Assembly (NCBI GenBank): GCA_038320275.1
Contig: JBBQEB010000002.1
Span: 19,473 to 83,472 of the forward strand
Direction of reading: 5' to 3'
Source: Myxococcales bacterium
GTDB lineage: Bacteria > Myxococcota > Myxococcia > Myxococcales > Anaeromyxobacteraceae
DNA length: 64,000 bases
How positions within the stretch are numbered: position 1 is the stretch's first letter; each line of letters starts with the position of its first letter. The notes under the pieces were generated by a model. It searched no databases, was not told where the DNA came from, and saw only the letters and a program-made list of their open reading frames with translations. Below, one piece after another: positions 1-10,626 of this stretch. Made by a program: the position numbers and the translations under genes.

Positions 1-31
1 TGGCGTCGAAGGAAAAGGAAGTGATGACGCT

Positions 32-226
32 TTGAGCGCGCCCAGCGCGCTGCGCGTCTACCTGCCCCTGCTTCTGCTGGGCGTGGCTGCCGGGCTCGTG
101 CATCGGGTCGCCCGAAACCGCCCGGAGGCCACGCACCGGCGCTTCTTCGACATCCTCTGGATCCTGATGATCCTGGCTGGCGCGCCGCTCTGGCTGTTCG
201 CCGCCGCGGCGCTCGGCTGGCTGTAG
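32..226 (+). CDS. small membrane protein (64 aa, two hydrophobic segments)
   Basis: TTG start, purine-rich upstream sequence, two TM-like helices, GC3-rich codons. Confidence 0.55.
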   Translation: MSAPSALRVYLPLLLLGVAAGLVHRVARNRPEATHRRFFDILWILMILAGAPLWLFAAAALGWL

Positions 227-260
227 CGGTCGCGCCGCGAGGCGCGAACCGGCCCAGCTC

Positions 261-704
261 TCAGAAAGAAAACACCATGGTGGCAAGCGCCAGAACCCAG
301 AGCAGGTGGGCGCTGCCGGCATAGGCCGGCAACGTCTTCGCCGCCGCGTTCGCTCCTGCGAGGTCTCCCCCGGCCGCCGCGGCCGTGAGCTTGGCCAGGG
401 CGGGCCGCGCCAGGCCGAAGAGGAGGGCGATGCGCGCCAGCGCGAGGACGATGCCCACGTAGATGCCGGTGCGCAGCGGACCGCCGCCGGCGGGCGAGGC
501 GTAGACGAGGCCGAACGCGATCGTCGCGGCGCCGCTCCAGAGGTCCAGCCCGAGGCCGGTGCGCGCCTGGGCCAGCGCGGGGCCGAGGAACGCCTGGCCG
601 GCCGCCAGCGCGCGCCGGACCGCGCCCGGCCAGAAGAGGGCCGATCCCATCCAGACCGCGGCGGCGAGGATGTGCAGGAAGCGGAGGATGTTGGAAAGAT
701 TCAT
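261..704 (-). CDS. membrane protein, DUF2269/CopD-like (4 TM)
   Basis: MNLSNILRFLHILAAAVWMGS N-terminus (LHxLAAxxWxG motif) and several TM helices; ATG at 704. Confidence 0.7.
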   Translation of the reverse strand: MNLSNILRFLHILAAAVWMGSALFWPGAVRRALAAGQAFLGPALAQARTGLGLDLWSGAATIAFGLVYASPAGGGPLRTGIYVGIVLALARIALLFGLARPALAKLTAAAAGGDLAGANAAAKTLPAYAGSAHLLWVLALATMVFSF

Positions 705-844
705 GGGCGGAGGAGCCTCGCGACGGTCTCGAGGACGGCGAGCCGGGAGTGCTTCTTGTCGTCGGCGGCGACCCGTGTCCAGGGCGCGTCGGGGCGGTGC
801 GTGCGATCCAGCAGGTAGCGGATCGCGGCCTCGTCGTCGCGCCA
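701..844 (-). pseudogene. C-terminal remnant of a polyphosphate kinase 2 (PPK2) family gene
   Basis: Hand translation WRDDEAAIRYLLDRTHRPDAPWTRVAADDKKHSRLAVLETVARLLRP* matches the PPK2 C-terminal pattern; in-frame TGA at 866-868 and no start codon. Confidence 0.65.
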
Positions 845-946
845 CGTCTGCTGGTGCGTGAGTCCTCACAGCGGACCGACGAGTCTGCCCGGGGCAGGCA
901 GGCAGCGTGAATCCCAGCAGGGATCATCTCCAGCGGTCTTCCGCGA

Positions 947-2647
947 TCAAGGCCTGTAGCCGTGCGCGATGGGCAGCCGTCGGCCCTCGCCGAAAGCCTT
1001 TGCGGTCACCTTGAGCACCGGAGCGGCCTGCCGCCGCTTGTACTCGCTGTTCACCACCATCCGCAGCACGCGGCGGACCAGCTCCACCTCGTGCCCGCGG
1101 GCGACGATCGCATCGATCGGCAGCCGCTCCGCGATGTAGGCGTCGAGGATGTCGTCGAGCACCTCGTACGGAGGGAGCGAATCCTGGTCGACCTGGCCCG
1201 GTTTCAGCTCCGCGGAGGGAGGCTTCGTGAAGGTGCGCTCCGGGATGAGCTCGCGCCCGGCGCGCGCGCTGGCAGCTCGCGACACGCGGTACACCAGCGT
1301 TTTGGGCAGGTCGCCGATCGGGGCCAGCCCGCCCGCCATGTCGCCGTACAGGGTGCAGTACCCGACGGCGAGCTCGCTCTTGTTGCCGGTCGCGAGGCAG
1401 AGCGAGCCCTCCTGGTTCGAGATGGCCATGAGGAGCTGGCCACGGATGCGCGCCTGGATGTTCTGCGCGGCGACGTCCCCCAGTGGACTGCCCAGTCCGG
1501 AGCCGAGCGCCTCCAGATAGGCCGCATGCATGGGCTCGATGCCGATCTCGGCGAAGCGGATTCCGAGATTGCGGGCCAGCGCGGCCGCGTCCTCGCGCGA
1601 ATGGCGTGAGGAGTAGCGCGACGGCATGGCCACCCCGAAGACGTTCCCCGGGCCCAGGGCGTCGGCGGCGAGGGTGGCCGTGAGCGCGCTGTCGATGCCC
1701 CCCGAGAGGCCGAGGACCGCCGCGCGAAAGCCGCACTTTCGCGCGTAGTCGCGCAGCCCGAGCACGAGGGCGCGGTACACCTCGTCGGCGTCCGCGTCCT
1801 CCCCCTCGCCGGGCGCCAGGGCCGGCGCGCCCGGGAAGCGGAGAACCTCGGGCGAGGAGCCGTCGAGCCCCACCACGATGACCGCCTCCTCGAACAGCGG
1901 CCCGCGGGCGAGCACGCTGCCGTCGGCGCCCACCAGCATGGAGCCGCCGTCGAACACCAGGGCGTCGTTTCCGCCGACCTGGTTCACGTAGGCGATGGGA
2001 GCGCCGTGCCGCGCCGCCGCGGCGCCGATCATCCGCTCGCGGAGCGCGGGCTTTCCGAGCGAGTACGGCGAAGCGGAGATGTTCACGATGAGCTCGGCGC
2101 CGCGCTCCCGCAGGTCGGCGACGGGGTCGCGGGCGTAGCGCGGCTTCACCCAGAACCGCTTGTCGTTCCAGATGTCCTCGCAGACGGAGAGCCCCAGGAT
2201 CAGGCCGAGCGCCTCGGAGCGCGCGGAGGTGGTCTCTCCCGAGGGTAGGAAGTACCGCGCCTCGTCGAAGACGTCGTAGGTGGGCAGCAGCGACTTGCGG
2301 CCCACGGCAGCGACCCGGCCGCCTTCGATCAGCGCGGCCGCGTTGTACACGCCCGGAGGTGGCGCGTCCGCGGGCGCCTCTGGAAAGCCCACCACCAGCG
2401 AGAGCCCCGCCGACCAGGGTGCAGGCCGCGCGAGCTCCCCCAGCGTCCGGCCGCACAGGGCCAAAAAGTCCGGCATGTCGAGGAAATCGCGGGGCGGGTA
2501 GCCCGAGAGCGCCAGCTCCGGGAACACGACCAGGGCCGCGCCCGCCCCCCGGGCGAGAGAGACGGCGGTGCGGATGCGCTCCGCGTTGGCAGCGAAGTCG
2601 CCCACGGTGGAGTTCACCTGTGCGAGCGCGATGCGGGGCGGCGCCAT
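947..2647 (-). CDS. nadE: glutamine-dependent NAD+ synthetase
   Basis: Nitrilase domain (FPEL, K, CEDIW) plus GLSGGIDS, NIQARIR, TGNKSE and PSAEL motifs. Confidence 0.97.
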   Translation of the reverse strand: MAPPRIALAQVNSTVGDFAANAERIRTAVSLARGAGAALVVFPELALSGYPPRDFLDMPDFLALCGRTLGELARPAPWSAGLSLVVGFPEAPADAPPPGVYNAAALIEGGRVAAVGRKSLLPTYDVFDEARYFLPSGETTSARSEALGLILGLSVCEDIWNDKRFWVKPRYARDPVADLRERGAELIVNISASPYSLGKPALRERMIGAAAARHGAPIAYVNQVGGNDALVFDGGSMLVGADGSVLARGPLFEEAVIVVGLDGSSPEVLRFPGAPALAPGEGEDADADEVYRALVLGLRDYARKCGFRAAVLGLSGGIDSALTATLAADALGPGNVFGVAMPSRYSSRHSREDAAALARNLGIRFAEIGIEPMHAAYLEALGSGLGSPLGDVAAQNIQARIRGQLLMAISNQEGSLCLATGNKSELAVGYCTLYGDMAGGLAPIGDLPKTLVYRVSRAASARAGRELIPERTFTKPPSAELKPGQVDQDSLPPYEVLDDILDAYIAERLPIDAIVARGHEVELVRRVLRMVVNSEYKRRQAAPVLKVTAKAFGEGRRLPIAHGYRP

Positions 2648-3037
2648 CCCTCGAACATGCTGCCGCGGAGGCTGCCGCGCCGCGGTAGACGCACGGCGCG
2701 CGACTTTGGGGCTCCGGCGGATGGTGGCCGCCGCCACGTCGGCACCCCGGGCGTCGCAGAGCCCCTTGCGGCCAGGTTCACGCCACGTCGCTGCGATATG
2801 GCGCTCCTAATGTGGCCGTATGGACTACAGTCTTGCAAACCATTGGGCCAACCGGGCGAAACTCTTGAATCGGCAACACATTGCGTTGGAATACCGACCG
2901 GGGTTGTACCTCGAACGGGGCGTTAGTATCGTCGCGGACACCGACGGGACGATCAAGAAGCGGAGTGCAAGTCGTGCACGCCAGACCGTGACCCGCGGTG
3001 AACGGTCCGACAAGGGCCCTCACGGAAGGACGAACAG

Positions 3038-3373
3038 ATGCCTGGAATGGACCTCGAGATCCTGACGCCCTTCGCAGCCAAGTTCCTCGAGGGGACCACC
3101 CTCACGCCCGCGGAGCGAGCCGAGGTGCTCCGGATCGCGCAGGGATTTGCCTGCAAGGACTCCGCTGCCGCCGCTGGAGTTTCGCCCGAGACGATCCGCG
3201 CCCGGCGCAAGCGCATCTACCGCAAGCTCGCGGTGCCTGGCTCGGGAGAGCTGCTCGCGAGCCTCCTCTCCCTCTCCCTCACCATGATCTCGAAGGGCGA
3301 GCGCATCGAGCCGCGGCCGGCTGCGCTCCCCGCGCAGCCTCCGATGGAGGCAGCGATCGTCGCAGCGCGATGA
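3038..3373 (+). CDS. stand-alone LuxR-type HTH transcriptional regulator
   Basis: LTPAERAEVLRIAQGFACKDSAAAAGVSPETIRARRKRIYRKL is a GerE/LuxR HTH; no receiver domain. Confidence 0.8.
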   Translation: MPGMDLEILTPFAAKFLEGTTLTPAERAEVLRIAQGFACKDSAAAAGVSPETIRARRKRIYRKLAVPGSGELLASLLSLSLTMISKGERIEPRPAALPAQPPMEAAIVAAR

Positions 3374-3455
3374 CCGCGACGGCGGGCCGGCGGGGGCGGG
3401 CTTGCCGCTCACCCCTTCCAGCCCGACGGGCGATCCCTCCCGGTCGGCGCGCCGC

Positions 3456-5453
3456 TCAACGCTTCGGCAGCCACGCCTCGATGCGCGAGGCGATCTTCTC
3501 CGGCGAGAAGCCGTACTCCTCCACCAGCGCCTTCTCCGGCGCGCTGGCGCCGAAGCGGTCGATGCCAAGGACGAGCCCGTCCTTCCCGGCGAGCCTCCAC
3601 CACTCCAGCCCGCGCGCCGCCTCCACCACCACCACCGGCCGCGAGGACGGGATCACCGCCTCCTGGTAGGCCGCATCCTGCTCCCCGAAGCGCTCCAGGC
3701 AGGGCATCGAGACGAGCCGGCCGGGGATGCCGCGGGCGGCCAGCAGCGCCACCGCGCCCTGCGCGCTCGCCACCTCCGAGCCGGTCGCCACCACCGTGAA
3801 CCGCGCGCCCTCCGCGTCCTTCACCACGTAGCCGCCGCGGCCGGCGAAGCGCTCCGCACCCTCGGCCCGATCGAGCTTCGCGATCTTCTGCCGCGAGAGG
3901 ATGAAGGCGGTGGGCCCGTTGCGCCGGGCGAGCGCATGCGCCCAGCCCTCCGCCGTCTCGAGCCCGTCGGCGGGCCGGACCACGTGGAGGTTGGGGATCG
4001 CGCGCAGCGAGGTGAGCTGCTCGATGGGCTGGTGGGTAGGGCCGTCCTCGCCCAGGAAGATGGAGTCGTGGGTCCAGACGAAGATCGCCTGCAGCCCGGA
4101 GAGCGCCGCCAGCCGCACCGGCGGGCGCATGTAGTCGGAGAAGATGAGGAAGGTGCCCGAGAACGGGATGAAGAGCCCGTCGTAGGCGAGGCCATTGGCG
4201 ATGGCGCCCATGGCGTGCTCGCGGATGCCGTACGGGATGTTGCGCCCGCCGTAGGACTCGCGCTCCACCGTGCCGCCGCCCTTGATCTCGGTGAGGTTCG
4301 ACTCGGCGAGATCGGCCGAGCCGCCCACCAGCGCCGGGACTGCGGCCGCGGCGGCTTGGATGACGGCGTGCGACAGCTTGCGGGTCGCCTCCGAAGCGGT
4401 CCCACCCGCGGCCACGAGCCGCTCGCGCAGGTCGGCCGGCACGGTGCGGGCCACGTGCGCGTCGAGCACGGCGGCCTCCGCCGCGTGGGCGGCGCGCCAC
4501 GCCGCGAAGCGGCCATTCCAGGCCTCGCGCAACCCCCGCTTCTCCGCGGCCACCTCGCTCCAGAAGGCCCGCACGTCGTCGGGAACCAGGAAGGGCGGCT
4601 CGGAGGGCCACCCGAGCGCCTTCTTCGTGGCGGCGAGCTCCTCCACTCCCAGCGGCGCGCCGTGCGCGGCGGAGGTGCCCGCCTTCTTGGGCGAGCCGAA
4701 CCCGATGGTGGTCTTCACGCGGATGAGGCTGGGGCGCGGGTCGGCCTTGGCGGCATCGATGGCCGCGGAGATGGCCTCGTGATCGCGGCCCGGCACCGAC
4801 TGCACGTGCCAGCCGTACGCCTCGAAGCGCTTGGTGACGTCCTCTCCGGTGAAGGAGAGGGTGGTCTTGCCGTCGATGGTGATGCCGTTGTCGTCGTACA
4901 GATAGACGAGCCGGCCCAGTCCCTGGTGCCCTGCGAAGCTGGCCGCCTCGGCTGTGACGCCCTCCATCAGATCGCCGTCGCCGCAGATGGAGTAGACGAA
5001 CGGCTCCTCCAGCGGATTGCCCCGCCCGAGCTGCGCGGAGAGCATGGCGTGGCCGAGCGCCATGCCGACCCCGTTCGCGAAGCCCTGGCCGAGCGGGCCG
5101 CTCGTCACCTCCACGCCTGGTGCGAAGCCGAACTCGGGGTGCCCGGGCGTGCGGGAGTGGAGCTGCCGGAACGACTTCAGGTCGTCCATCGACAGCTCGT
5201 AGCCGGAGAGGTGCAGCATTCCGTACAGCAGCATCGAGCCGTGCCCGGCCGAGAGCACGAACCGGTCGCGCCCCAGCCAGCGGGGCTCGCGCGGATCGTA
5301 GCGGAGGTGGCGCGTCCAGAGGACGAAGGCCATGTCGGCCGCCCCCATGGGCATGCCGGGATGGCCGCTGCCGGCCTTCTGCACGGCGTCCGCGGCGAGC
5401 ATGCGGATGGTGTCGACCGACTGGGCGATGAGCTCGGGGCTGGCGCTGGGCAA
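3456..5453 (-). CDS. tkt: transketolase
   Basis: [27 protein letters not shown] and GEDGPTHQP motifs; 665 aa. Confidence 0.98.
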   Translation of the reverse strand: MPSASPELIAQSVDTIRMLAADAVQKAGSGHPGMPMGAADMAFVLWTRHLRYDPREPRWLGRDRFVLSAGHGSMLLYGMLHLSGYELSMDDLKSFRQLHSRTPGHPEFGFAPGVEVTSGPLGQGFANGVGMALGHAMLSAQLGRGNPLEEPFVYSICGDGDLMEGVTAEAASFAGHQGLGRLVYLYDDNGITIDGKTTLSFTGEDVTKRFEAYGWHVQSVPGRDHEAISAAIDAAKADPRPSLIRVKTTIGFGSPKKAGTSAAHGAPLGVEELAATKKALGWPSEPPFLVPDDVRAFWSEVAAEKRGLREAWNGRFAAWRAAHAAEAAVLDAHVARTVPADLRERLVAAGGTASEATRKLSHAVIQAAAAAVPALVGGSADLAESNLTEIKGGGTVERESYGGRNIPYGIREHAMGAIANGLAYDGLFIPFSGTFLIFSDYMRPPVRLAALSGLQAIFVWTHDSIFLGEDGPTHQPIEQLTSLRAIPNLHVVRPADGLETAEGWAHALARRNGPTAFILSRQKIAKLDRAEGAERFAGRGGYVVKDAEGARFTVVATGSEVASAQGAVALLAARGIPGRLVSMPCLERFGEQDAAYQEAVIPSSRPVVVVEAARGLEWWRLAGKDGLVLGIDRFGASAPEKALVEEYGFSPEKIASRIEAWLPKR

Positions 5454-5509
5454 GAGATGCTCCCGGTGGGGATGGAGGGGAAAACATCGCCCGCTGCCTG
5501 CGCGGGAGA

Positions 5510-5956
5510 TCAGGGAATTCTGGGGGGTGCTTCCAGCCAGGCCAGGGTGGGGCGGCCGCCGTCGAGGTCAATGGCGGCGACGGTTCCCGGCTGGACCCGC
5601 TGATCCGCGCCGGCGGCGAGCGACACGGCCTCGCTCGTCTCGGGATTGTGGCCCACGAGCGCCGTCCCGTCCCCCTCCGCCTCGGCCAGCGCGACGAGGT
5701 CCTCGCCGCGGGTGCGACCGGAGGCGAGGCGCCTGTCGATGAGCACCGGCGCACCGGTGGCCTGACCGAGCAGCTCGGCAGTCTGCCGCGCGCGCTCGAA
5801 GGGGCTCGCGAGGATGCGCCGCACGTGGAGCTTCGGTGCGAGGGAGCGCGCCAGGGCGAGGAAGCGATGGCGTCCCTCCGGCGTCAGCGCACGGGTGGCG
5901 TCACCCCCGGCCGCCTCCGCCTCCGCCTTGCCGTGACGCACGAGGTAGATCCGCAT
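5510..5956 (-). CDS. sixA: phosphohistidine phosphatase SixA family
   Basis: LVRHGKA (RHG motif), [16 protein letters not shown]. Confidence 0.88.
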   Translation of the reverse strand: MRIYLVRHGKAEAEAAGGDATRALTPEGRHRFLALARSLAPKLHVRRILASPFERARQTAELLGQATGAPVLIDRRLASGRTRGEDLVALAEAEGDGTALVGHNPETSEAVSLAAGADQRVQPGTVAAIDLDGGRPTLAWLEAPPRIP

Positions 5957-5980
5957 CGGGGGGCTCCGCCGCTCGTCGCC

Positions 5981-8900
5981 TCACCGCGTCGCGAGGAGCG
6001 CGACGGGAAAGCCGGCGAGGAGCTCGCCGAGGTCGAGCATGGCGCCCTTCCGGCGCGCTCCCGTGACGAGATCCTCGAGCTCTGCCGGGAATCCCGCGGG
6101 CAGTCGCACCTCGCCGCGCCAGACCCGGCTGGCGGGCGCGGGACCGAGGACCAGCCTGGGCGCGACGCAGACGACCGCCGCCTGCCCCAGCGTCCGCGCG
6201 AAGGCGATCACCCGTCCCGCGTCCTCCCCCTCCACCGGCAGCGGCAGGTATGCGCCCTCGAGGTACAGCTCCCGGTTCGCCTTGCGGTGGTGCAGCCCTT
6301 CGCGAAGGAGGAGGAGCTTGGCGCGCCCGTCGCGCAAACCCTGGGGCGTCGAGAGCTCTCGTGCCAGCGCCGCCCTCCCAGCGCCGTCCGGGCCCGCCCG
6401 GCGCTCGAGCTCTCCCAGGAGCTCGCTTCGGCGGCTAAAATCGACGGCGCGCCGGTTGTCGGGGTCGACGAGCGAGAGGTCCCACAGCTCGCAGCCCTGG
6501 TACACGTCGCACACGCCGGGAGAGGCGAGCTTCAGGGCGACTTGCGTGAGCGAGCTCACCCGCGCCGCGTGCGCCAGCTTGCGCGCGAACGGGACGAACG
6601 TCTCCAGGAACTCGGGGGAGACGAGCACCGCGGCCGCGAAGCCCTTCGCGGCATCCTCGTACTCCTCGTCCGGGTTGGTCCAGCTGGAGTGGCTCTTGGC
6701 CTCCCGCAGCGCCTTTTCCAGGTAGGCGGTGATCCGCCCCAGATATGCCTTCGCCTCCTCGCTGCCCTGCGCCGGGACCTCGTCGAGGAAGGTACCGAGG
6801 AGCGTCTGGTACACGAGGAGCTCGTCGTTGCGGTCCGGCGCCGGCGCGCCGTCCACCTCGACCTTGAAGCGCCGGTTGGCCCGCGCCCAGGCCGAGACGA
6901 GCGCCCGCCACTCGCGCGGCACCTCCGAGACGGCCGCGATGCGGACCCGCACGTCCTCGCTGCGCTTGGTGTCGTGGGTGGAGGTGCCGGAGAGGCTGCC
7001 GGGCCAGTGCGCCAGCCGCTCCGCGTTGAGCTTGTGGAACGCCACCGGGGAGGTGCCGAATGCGCCCGGCTCGCCGCCCACCTCGTTGAGCGACACCAGC
7101 CGGTCGTACACGTAGAAGGCGGTGTCCTCCAGCGCCTTCGCCGTCACTGGACCCGTCACCTGCTGCAGCTTCAGCGTGAACTCGAGCCAATCGCGCCGCT
7201 CCGCCGGGGAAAGGCTCTCGGGGTAGCGAAGCAGCAGCACGTCGCGCAGGAAGTCGAAGATGGAGGGATCGGCGGCCAGGCTGCGCCGCCGGGCGCGCGC
7301 CAGCGTCCGCTCCACGTAGCGGCGATCGCGGTCGTCGATCTCCCCCGCGGGCGTGACGTAGGTGCGGTAGACGGGGAAGCTCGACACGAACTCGACGATG
7401 GCGCGGCGGAGCGCGTTGAGCGTGAAGTCGCGCGTGCGGCGGTTCGTCTCGCTGAGCCCGTTGAGGCGATGCGCGAGCATGTTGATCTCGCTCGCCATCG
7501 ACGACCCCGTGATGAGCCGCTTCTTCTCGTAGGCGAGGTCGTCGAAGCTCTGCTGCAGCCCGGTGAAGCGGCCGTAGAAGCCGGTCAGCTCCTCCTCGGC
7601 CTCGCCATCCACGAAGAGGCCGCTCGCGGCGGCGAGGAACTCGTAGCCGGTGGTGCCGTCAATGGCCCAGCTCTCCGGCATGCGCTCCTTGCCGGACAGG
7701 ATCTTCTCGGCGAGCACATAGAAGGGCCGGGCGGGAGGCTCGCCCTGCAGGAGCTCGCGCTCGAGCCGGTCGCGCAGGAGGCCGGCCGCGTCGGCGTCGA
7801 GGGTCTCGCCACGCGTTCCCGCCAGCGCGCGCCCGCGCGCGACCAGGGCGGAGGCCTGCAGCCGCCGGAAGTACGCCGTGGGATCGTAGAGGCCGTCGGG
7901 GTGGTCGATCCGCAATCCGGTGATCTTCCCCTGGCGCACGAGGTCGAGGACGAGTCGGTGGGCCTCCTCGAAGACGCGGTCGTCCTCCATGCGGATGGCG
8001 GCGAGGCCATTCACGTCGAAGAAGCGGCGATAGTTGATCTCCTCGCCCGCCACGCGCCAGTGCGCCAGCCGATAGGCCTGGGCGTCGAGGAGCGCGTCGA
8101 GGCGGTCGAAGCTGCGCGGGTCGCCCGCCTTGCCGTTGAAGATGGCGAGGTTCCCATCCACGTGCTCGCGCACCGCGGCCTCGGCATCGAGGAGCGCGTG
8201 CAGCCGCCGCTTCGCGACCTCCTTCTCCCGCGCGCGCTCCGCCACCTTGGCGGGGTCGGTCTCCGACCTCGGCGCGAGCTTCTCCAGGGAGGTGCAGATG
8301 CTCTCCAGCTCCCACACGCTGGGCTCGTCGGGACCGAGGCGCGTCCGGAGCTCCTCCAGCCGGTGGCGCAGGACCTGAGGCACCGAGCGCGGCGAGAGCG
8401 GGAACCGGTGGGTGTAGTAGGCGACGAAGAAGGTGCCACCCTCGCGGACGAGCGACAGCTCCCCGTTCTCCAGCACTACGCCGTACTGATCGCCCAGGGT
8501 GGGCACGAGCACCTTGTTCTCGAGCTCGCCCTTCACGGGCTTCCAGTCGATGTCGAAGGTGTGCGCCCAGCGGGAGCTGGGGCCGTTCTCGAGCACGTCC
8601 ATCCACCAGGCGTTCTGGCGGCCGATGCCCATGTGGTTAGGAACGAAGTCGACGAGCTGCCCCAGCCCGTGCGCGGCGGCCGCCTCGCACAGCCCGGCAT
8701 AGCCCTCGGCGCCGCCCAGCTCCGGGGCGAGGTGGTCGTGATCCACCACGTCGTAGCCGTGGGTGGAGCCGCGGACCGCCACCAGGATGGGCGAGAGGTA
8801 GAGGTCCGTCACCCCCAGCGCTGCGAGGTACGGCACGACCCGCGCCGCGTCGAGGAAGCCGAAGCTCTTCGTGAGCTGGAGGCGATAGGTGGAGCCCGGC

Positions 8901-9001
8901 CGCGGGGGCGAGGCGCGCCTCGATCGCACCGCGCCGGCGAGCTCGCGGAAGAGGGCATCGACGAGGGGAGAGGCCGTGGTGGCCGGCGTGTCGCTGGGCA
9001 T
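5981..9001 (-). CDS. treY: malto-oligosyltrehalose synthase
   Basis: STYRLQ, GSTHGYDVVD, INYRRFFD, GLRIDHPDGL and STHDTKRSED motifs. Confidence 0.97.
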   Translation of the reverse strand: MPSDTPATTASPLVDALFRELAGAVRSRRASPPRPGSTYRLQLTKSFGFLDAARVVPYLAALGVTDLYLSPILVAVRGSTHGYDVVDHDHLAPELGGAEGYAGLCEAAAAHGLGQLVDFVPNHMGIGRQNAWWMDVLENGPSSRWAHTFDIDWKPVKGELENKVLVPTLGDQYGVVLENGELSLVREGGTFFVAYYTHRFPLSPRSVPQVLRHRLEELRTRLGPDEPSVWELESICTSLEKLAPRSETDPAKVAERAREKEVAKRRLHALLDAEAAVREHVDGNLAIFNGKAGDPRSFDRLDALLDAQAYRLAHWRVAGEEINYRRFFDVNGLAAIRMEDDRVFEEAHRLVLDLVRQGKITGLRIDHPDGLYDPTAYFRRLQASALVARGRALAGTRGETLDADAAGLLRDRLERELLQGEPPARPFYVLAEKILSGKERMPESWAIDGTTGYEFLAAASGLFVDGEAEEELTGFYGRFTGLQQSFDDLAYEKKRLITGSSMASEINMLAHRLNGLSETNRRTRDFTLNALRRAIVEFVSSFPVYRTYVTPAGEIDDRDRRYVERTLARARRRSLAADPSIFDFLRDVLLLRYPESLSPAERRDWLEFTLKLQQVTGPVTAKALEDTAFYVYDRLVSLNEVGGEPGAFGTSPVAFHKLNAERLAHWPGSLSGTSTHDTKRSEDVRVRIAAVSEVPREWRALVSAWARANRRFKVEVDGAPAPDRNDELLVYQTLLGTFLDEVPAQGSEEAKAYLGRITAYLEKALREAKSHSSWTNPDEEYEDAAKGFAAAVLVSPEFLETFVPFARKLAHAARVSSLTQVALKLASPGVCDVYQGCELWDLSLVDPDNRRAVDFSRRSELLGELERRAGPDGAGRAALARELSTPQGLRDGRAKLLLLREGLHHRKANRELYLEGAYLPLPVEGEDAGRVIAFARTLGQAAVVCVAPRLVLGPAPASRVWRGEVRLPAGFPAELEDLVTGARRKGAMLDLGELLAGFPVALLATR

Positions 9002-9016
9002 GGGGATCGGCCTCGC

Positions 9017-10567
9017 CTAGCGGTGGATGCGCCCGGACTTGCGGGCGAGCGAACGGAGTCGCTCGACCGCCGCGCTGTCCGCGGCCAAGGCCGAGACGTT
9101 CTGCGCCATGCGATAGGTCCAGTTGGCGTCGGTGACGGTCCCCGGGGTGTTGACGCGCTCGCGCGTCCCCAGCGCGTCCTGCAGCGGCAGGAGCAGGAGA
9201 TCGGAGCCGGAGCGGTAGACGGCATCCAGCAGCGCGTCGCGCACCCGATCGTCGAAGCGTGGCGGCGCCGCGTCGCGCAGCCGACCGAGGCCGGGCATCT
9301 CCAGCAGGGCCTGGCGCTCGTCGGCGGGGGCGCTGTCGTACCAGTCCGCGAGCGAGTCGGTGTCGTGGGTGCCGGTGGTGCCCACCGAGAGTGCGGGCCA
9401 CCGCGCCGGATCGCGGAAGGGCATGCCCTTCACCTTCCACTCGCGCTCCCAGCGCAGGATACGGTAGCCGGGCACGCCGCAGCGGGTGAGCGAGGCGCGG
9501 ACGAAGTCCGGCACGGTGCCCAGGTCTTCAGCGATGACGCGCGCGCGCCGCGAGAAGATCTGCATCATCTTCTCGCCATTGCGGATCTGCGCCGCCTCCT
9601 CCGAGGGCACGAACGCCGCGGGGCCGCCGTCGAGAGCGCGGTAGTAGGTCCGGTAGAGCCCGACCACGTGGTCCACCCGGTACAGGCCGTAAAGCTGGGC
9701 GCTGCGGCGGGCGCGCTCGTTCATCCAGGCGAAGCCGCCCTTGTCCATGACGTCCCAGCGGTACACGGGCAGGCCCCAGTCCTGTCCGGTCTCGCTGAAG
9801 GCGTCCGGGGGCACGCCCACGCTCGCGTCCAGGCGGAAGTCGAAGGGCCGCGACCAGACGTCGGCGGAGTCGGTGGACACCATGAACGGCAGGTCGCCCA
9901 TGAGCTCGACGCCGGCCGCGTTGGCCTCGCGCCGCGCCGCGTGCCACTGGCGATCGAGCTGCCACTGCAGCCAGGCCTGGAAGAGGAGCTCGCCCGAGAG
10001 GCGCGCCCGCGCGTCGGCGAGGGCTCCAGGCTCGCGGGAGCGGAGCGGCGCTTCCCAGTCGGTCCAGCTCTTCTGCCGCTCGTCGTGCAGCGCGACGAAG
10101 AGGGTGTAGTCGTCGAGCCAGCTCGCCTCCCCGCGCGCGAAGGTCTCCAGCTCGGCCGCGCGGGAGGTGCGCGGCTTCCACTCGCGCTCGTGGAACGCTG
10201 CGAAGGCGAGCCGCAGCGCGCGCGACTTCACCCCGCGGGCGCGCTCCCACGCAACGGCCGGCGCCGTCCGGACCGCCTCCAGCTCGGTGCGGTCGGCGTC
10301 GGACAGGGCGTCGAGCCCTCCCGCGGCCTGGAAGTCGTCCAGCGCCTCCACGGCCACGTACACAGGGTCGAGCGCGAAGGCCGAGAGCGCGCCGTATGGG
10401 CTCGTCTGCCCACGCGAGGCCTCGTGGACCGGCAGGACCTGGATCACCGAGAAGCCGGCCGAGCTCGCCCAGCGCGCGAACGGAACGAGGTCGGGGATCT
10501 CGCCCAGCCCCCACCCGGACGGCGTGCGAATGGAGAACAGCGGGATGAGGACGCCAGCTTGACGCAT
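9017..10567 (-). CDS. malQ: 4-alpha-glucanotransferase (GH77)
   Basis: GVPPDAFSETGQDWG, RVDH, AEDLG, THD and NTPGT motifs; ATG at 10567. Confidence 0.95.
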   Translation of the reverse strand: MRQAGVLIPLFSIRTPSGWGLGEIPDLVPFARWASSAGFSVIQVLPVHEASRGQTSPYGALSAFALDPVYVAVEALDDFQAAGGLDALSDADRTELEAVRTAPAVAWERARGVKSRALRLAFAAFHEREWKPRTSRAAELETFARGEASWLDDYTLFVALHDERQKSWTDWEAPLRSREPGALADARARLSGELLFQAWLQWQLDRQWHAARREANAAGVELMGDLPFMVSTDSADVWSRPFDFRLDASVGVPPDAFSETGQDWGLPVYRWDVMDKGGFAWMNERARRSAQLYGLYRVDHVVGLYRTYYRALDGGPAAFVPSEEAAQIRNGEKMMQIFSRRARVIAEDLGTVPDFVRASLTRCGVPGYRILRWEREWKVKGMPFRDPARWPALSVGTTGTHDTDSLADWYDSAPADERQALLEMPGLGRLRDAAPPRFDDRVRDALLDAVYRSGSDLLLLPLQDALGTRERVNTPGTVTDANWTYRMAQNVSALAADSAAVERLRSLARKSGRIHR

Positions 10568-10626
10568 GCAGGTTCCCTGAGGCGCGTGAGAGGTCTTCCG
10601 GCCGGGGGGGCCCTTGCCAGAGCCAC

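Noticed and set aside
843..925. Small hairpins between nadE and the ppk2 remnant as an ncRNA
   Set aside because: Short stems are expected by chance in GC-rich DNA; no recognisable motif
2821..2837. TGGACTACAGTCTTGCA as a sigma54 promoter
   Set aside because: GG-to-GC spacing is 11 nt, not the required 10
2830..2900. GCAAACCATT segment resembling a c-di-GMP-I riboswitch
   Set aside because: No GNRA-capped P2 stem or downstream GACGCAAAG/P3 elements
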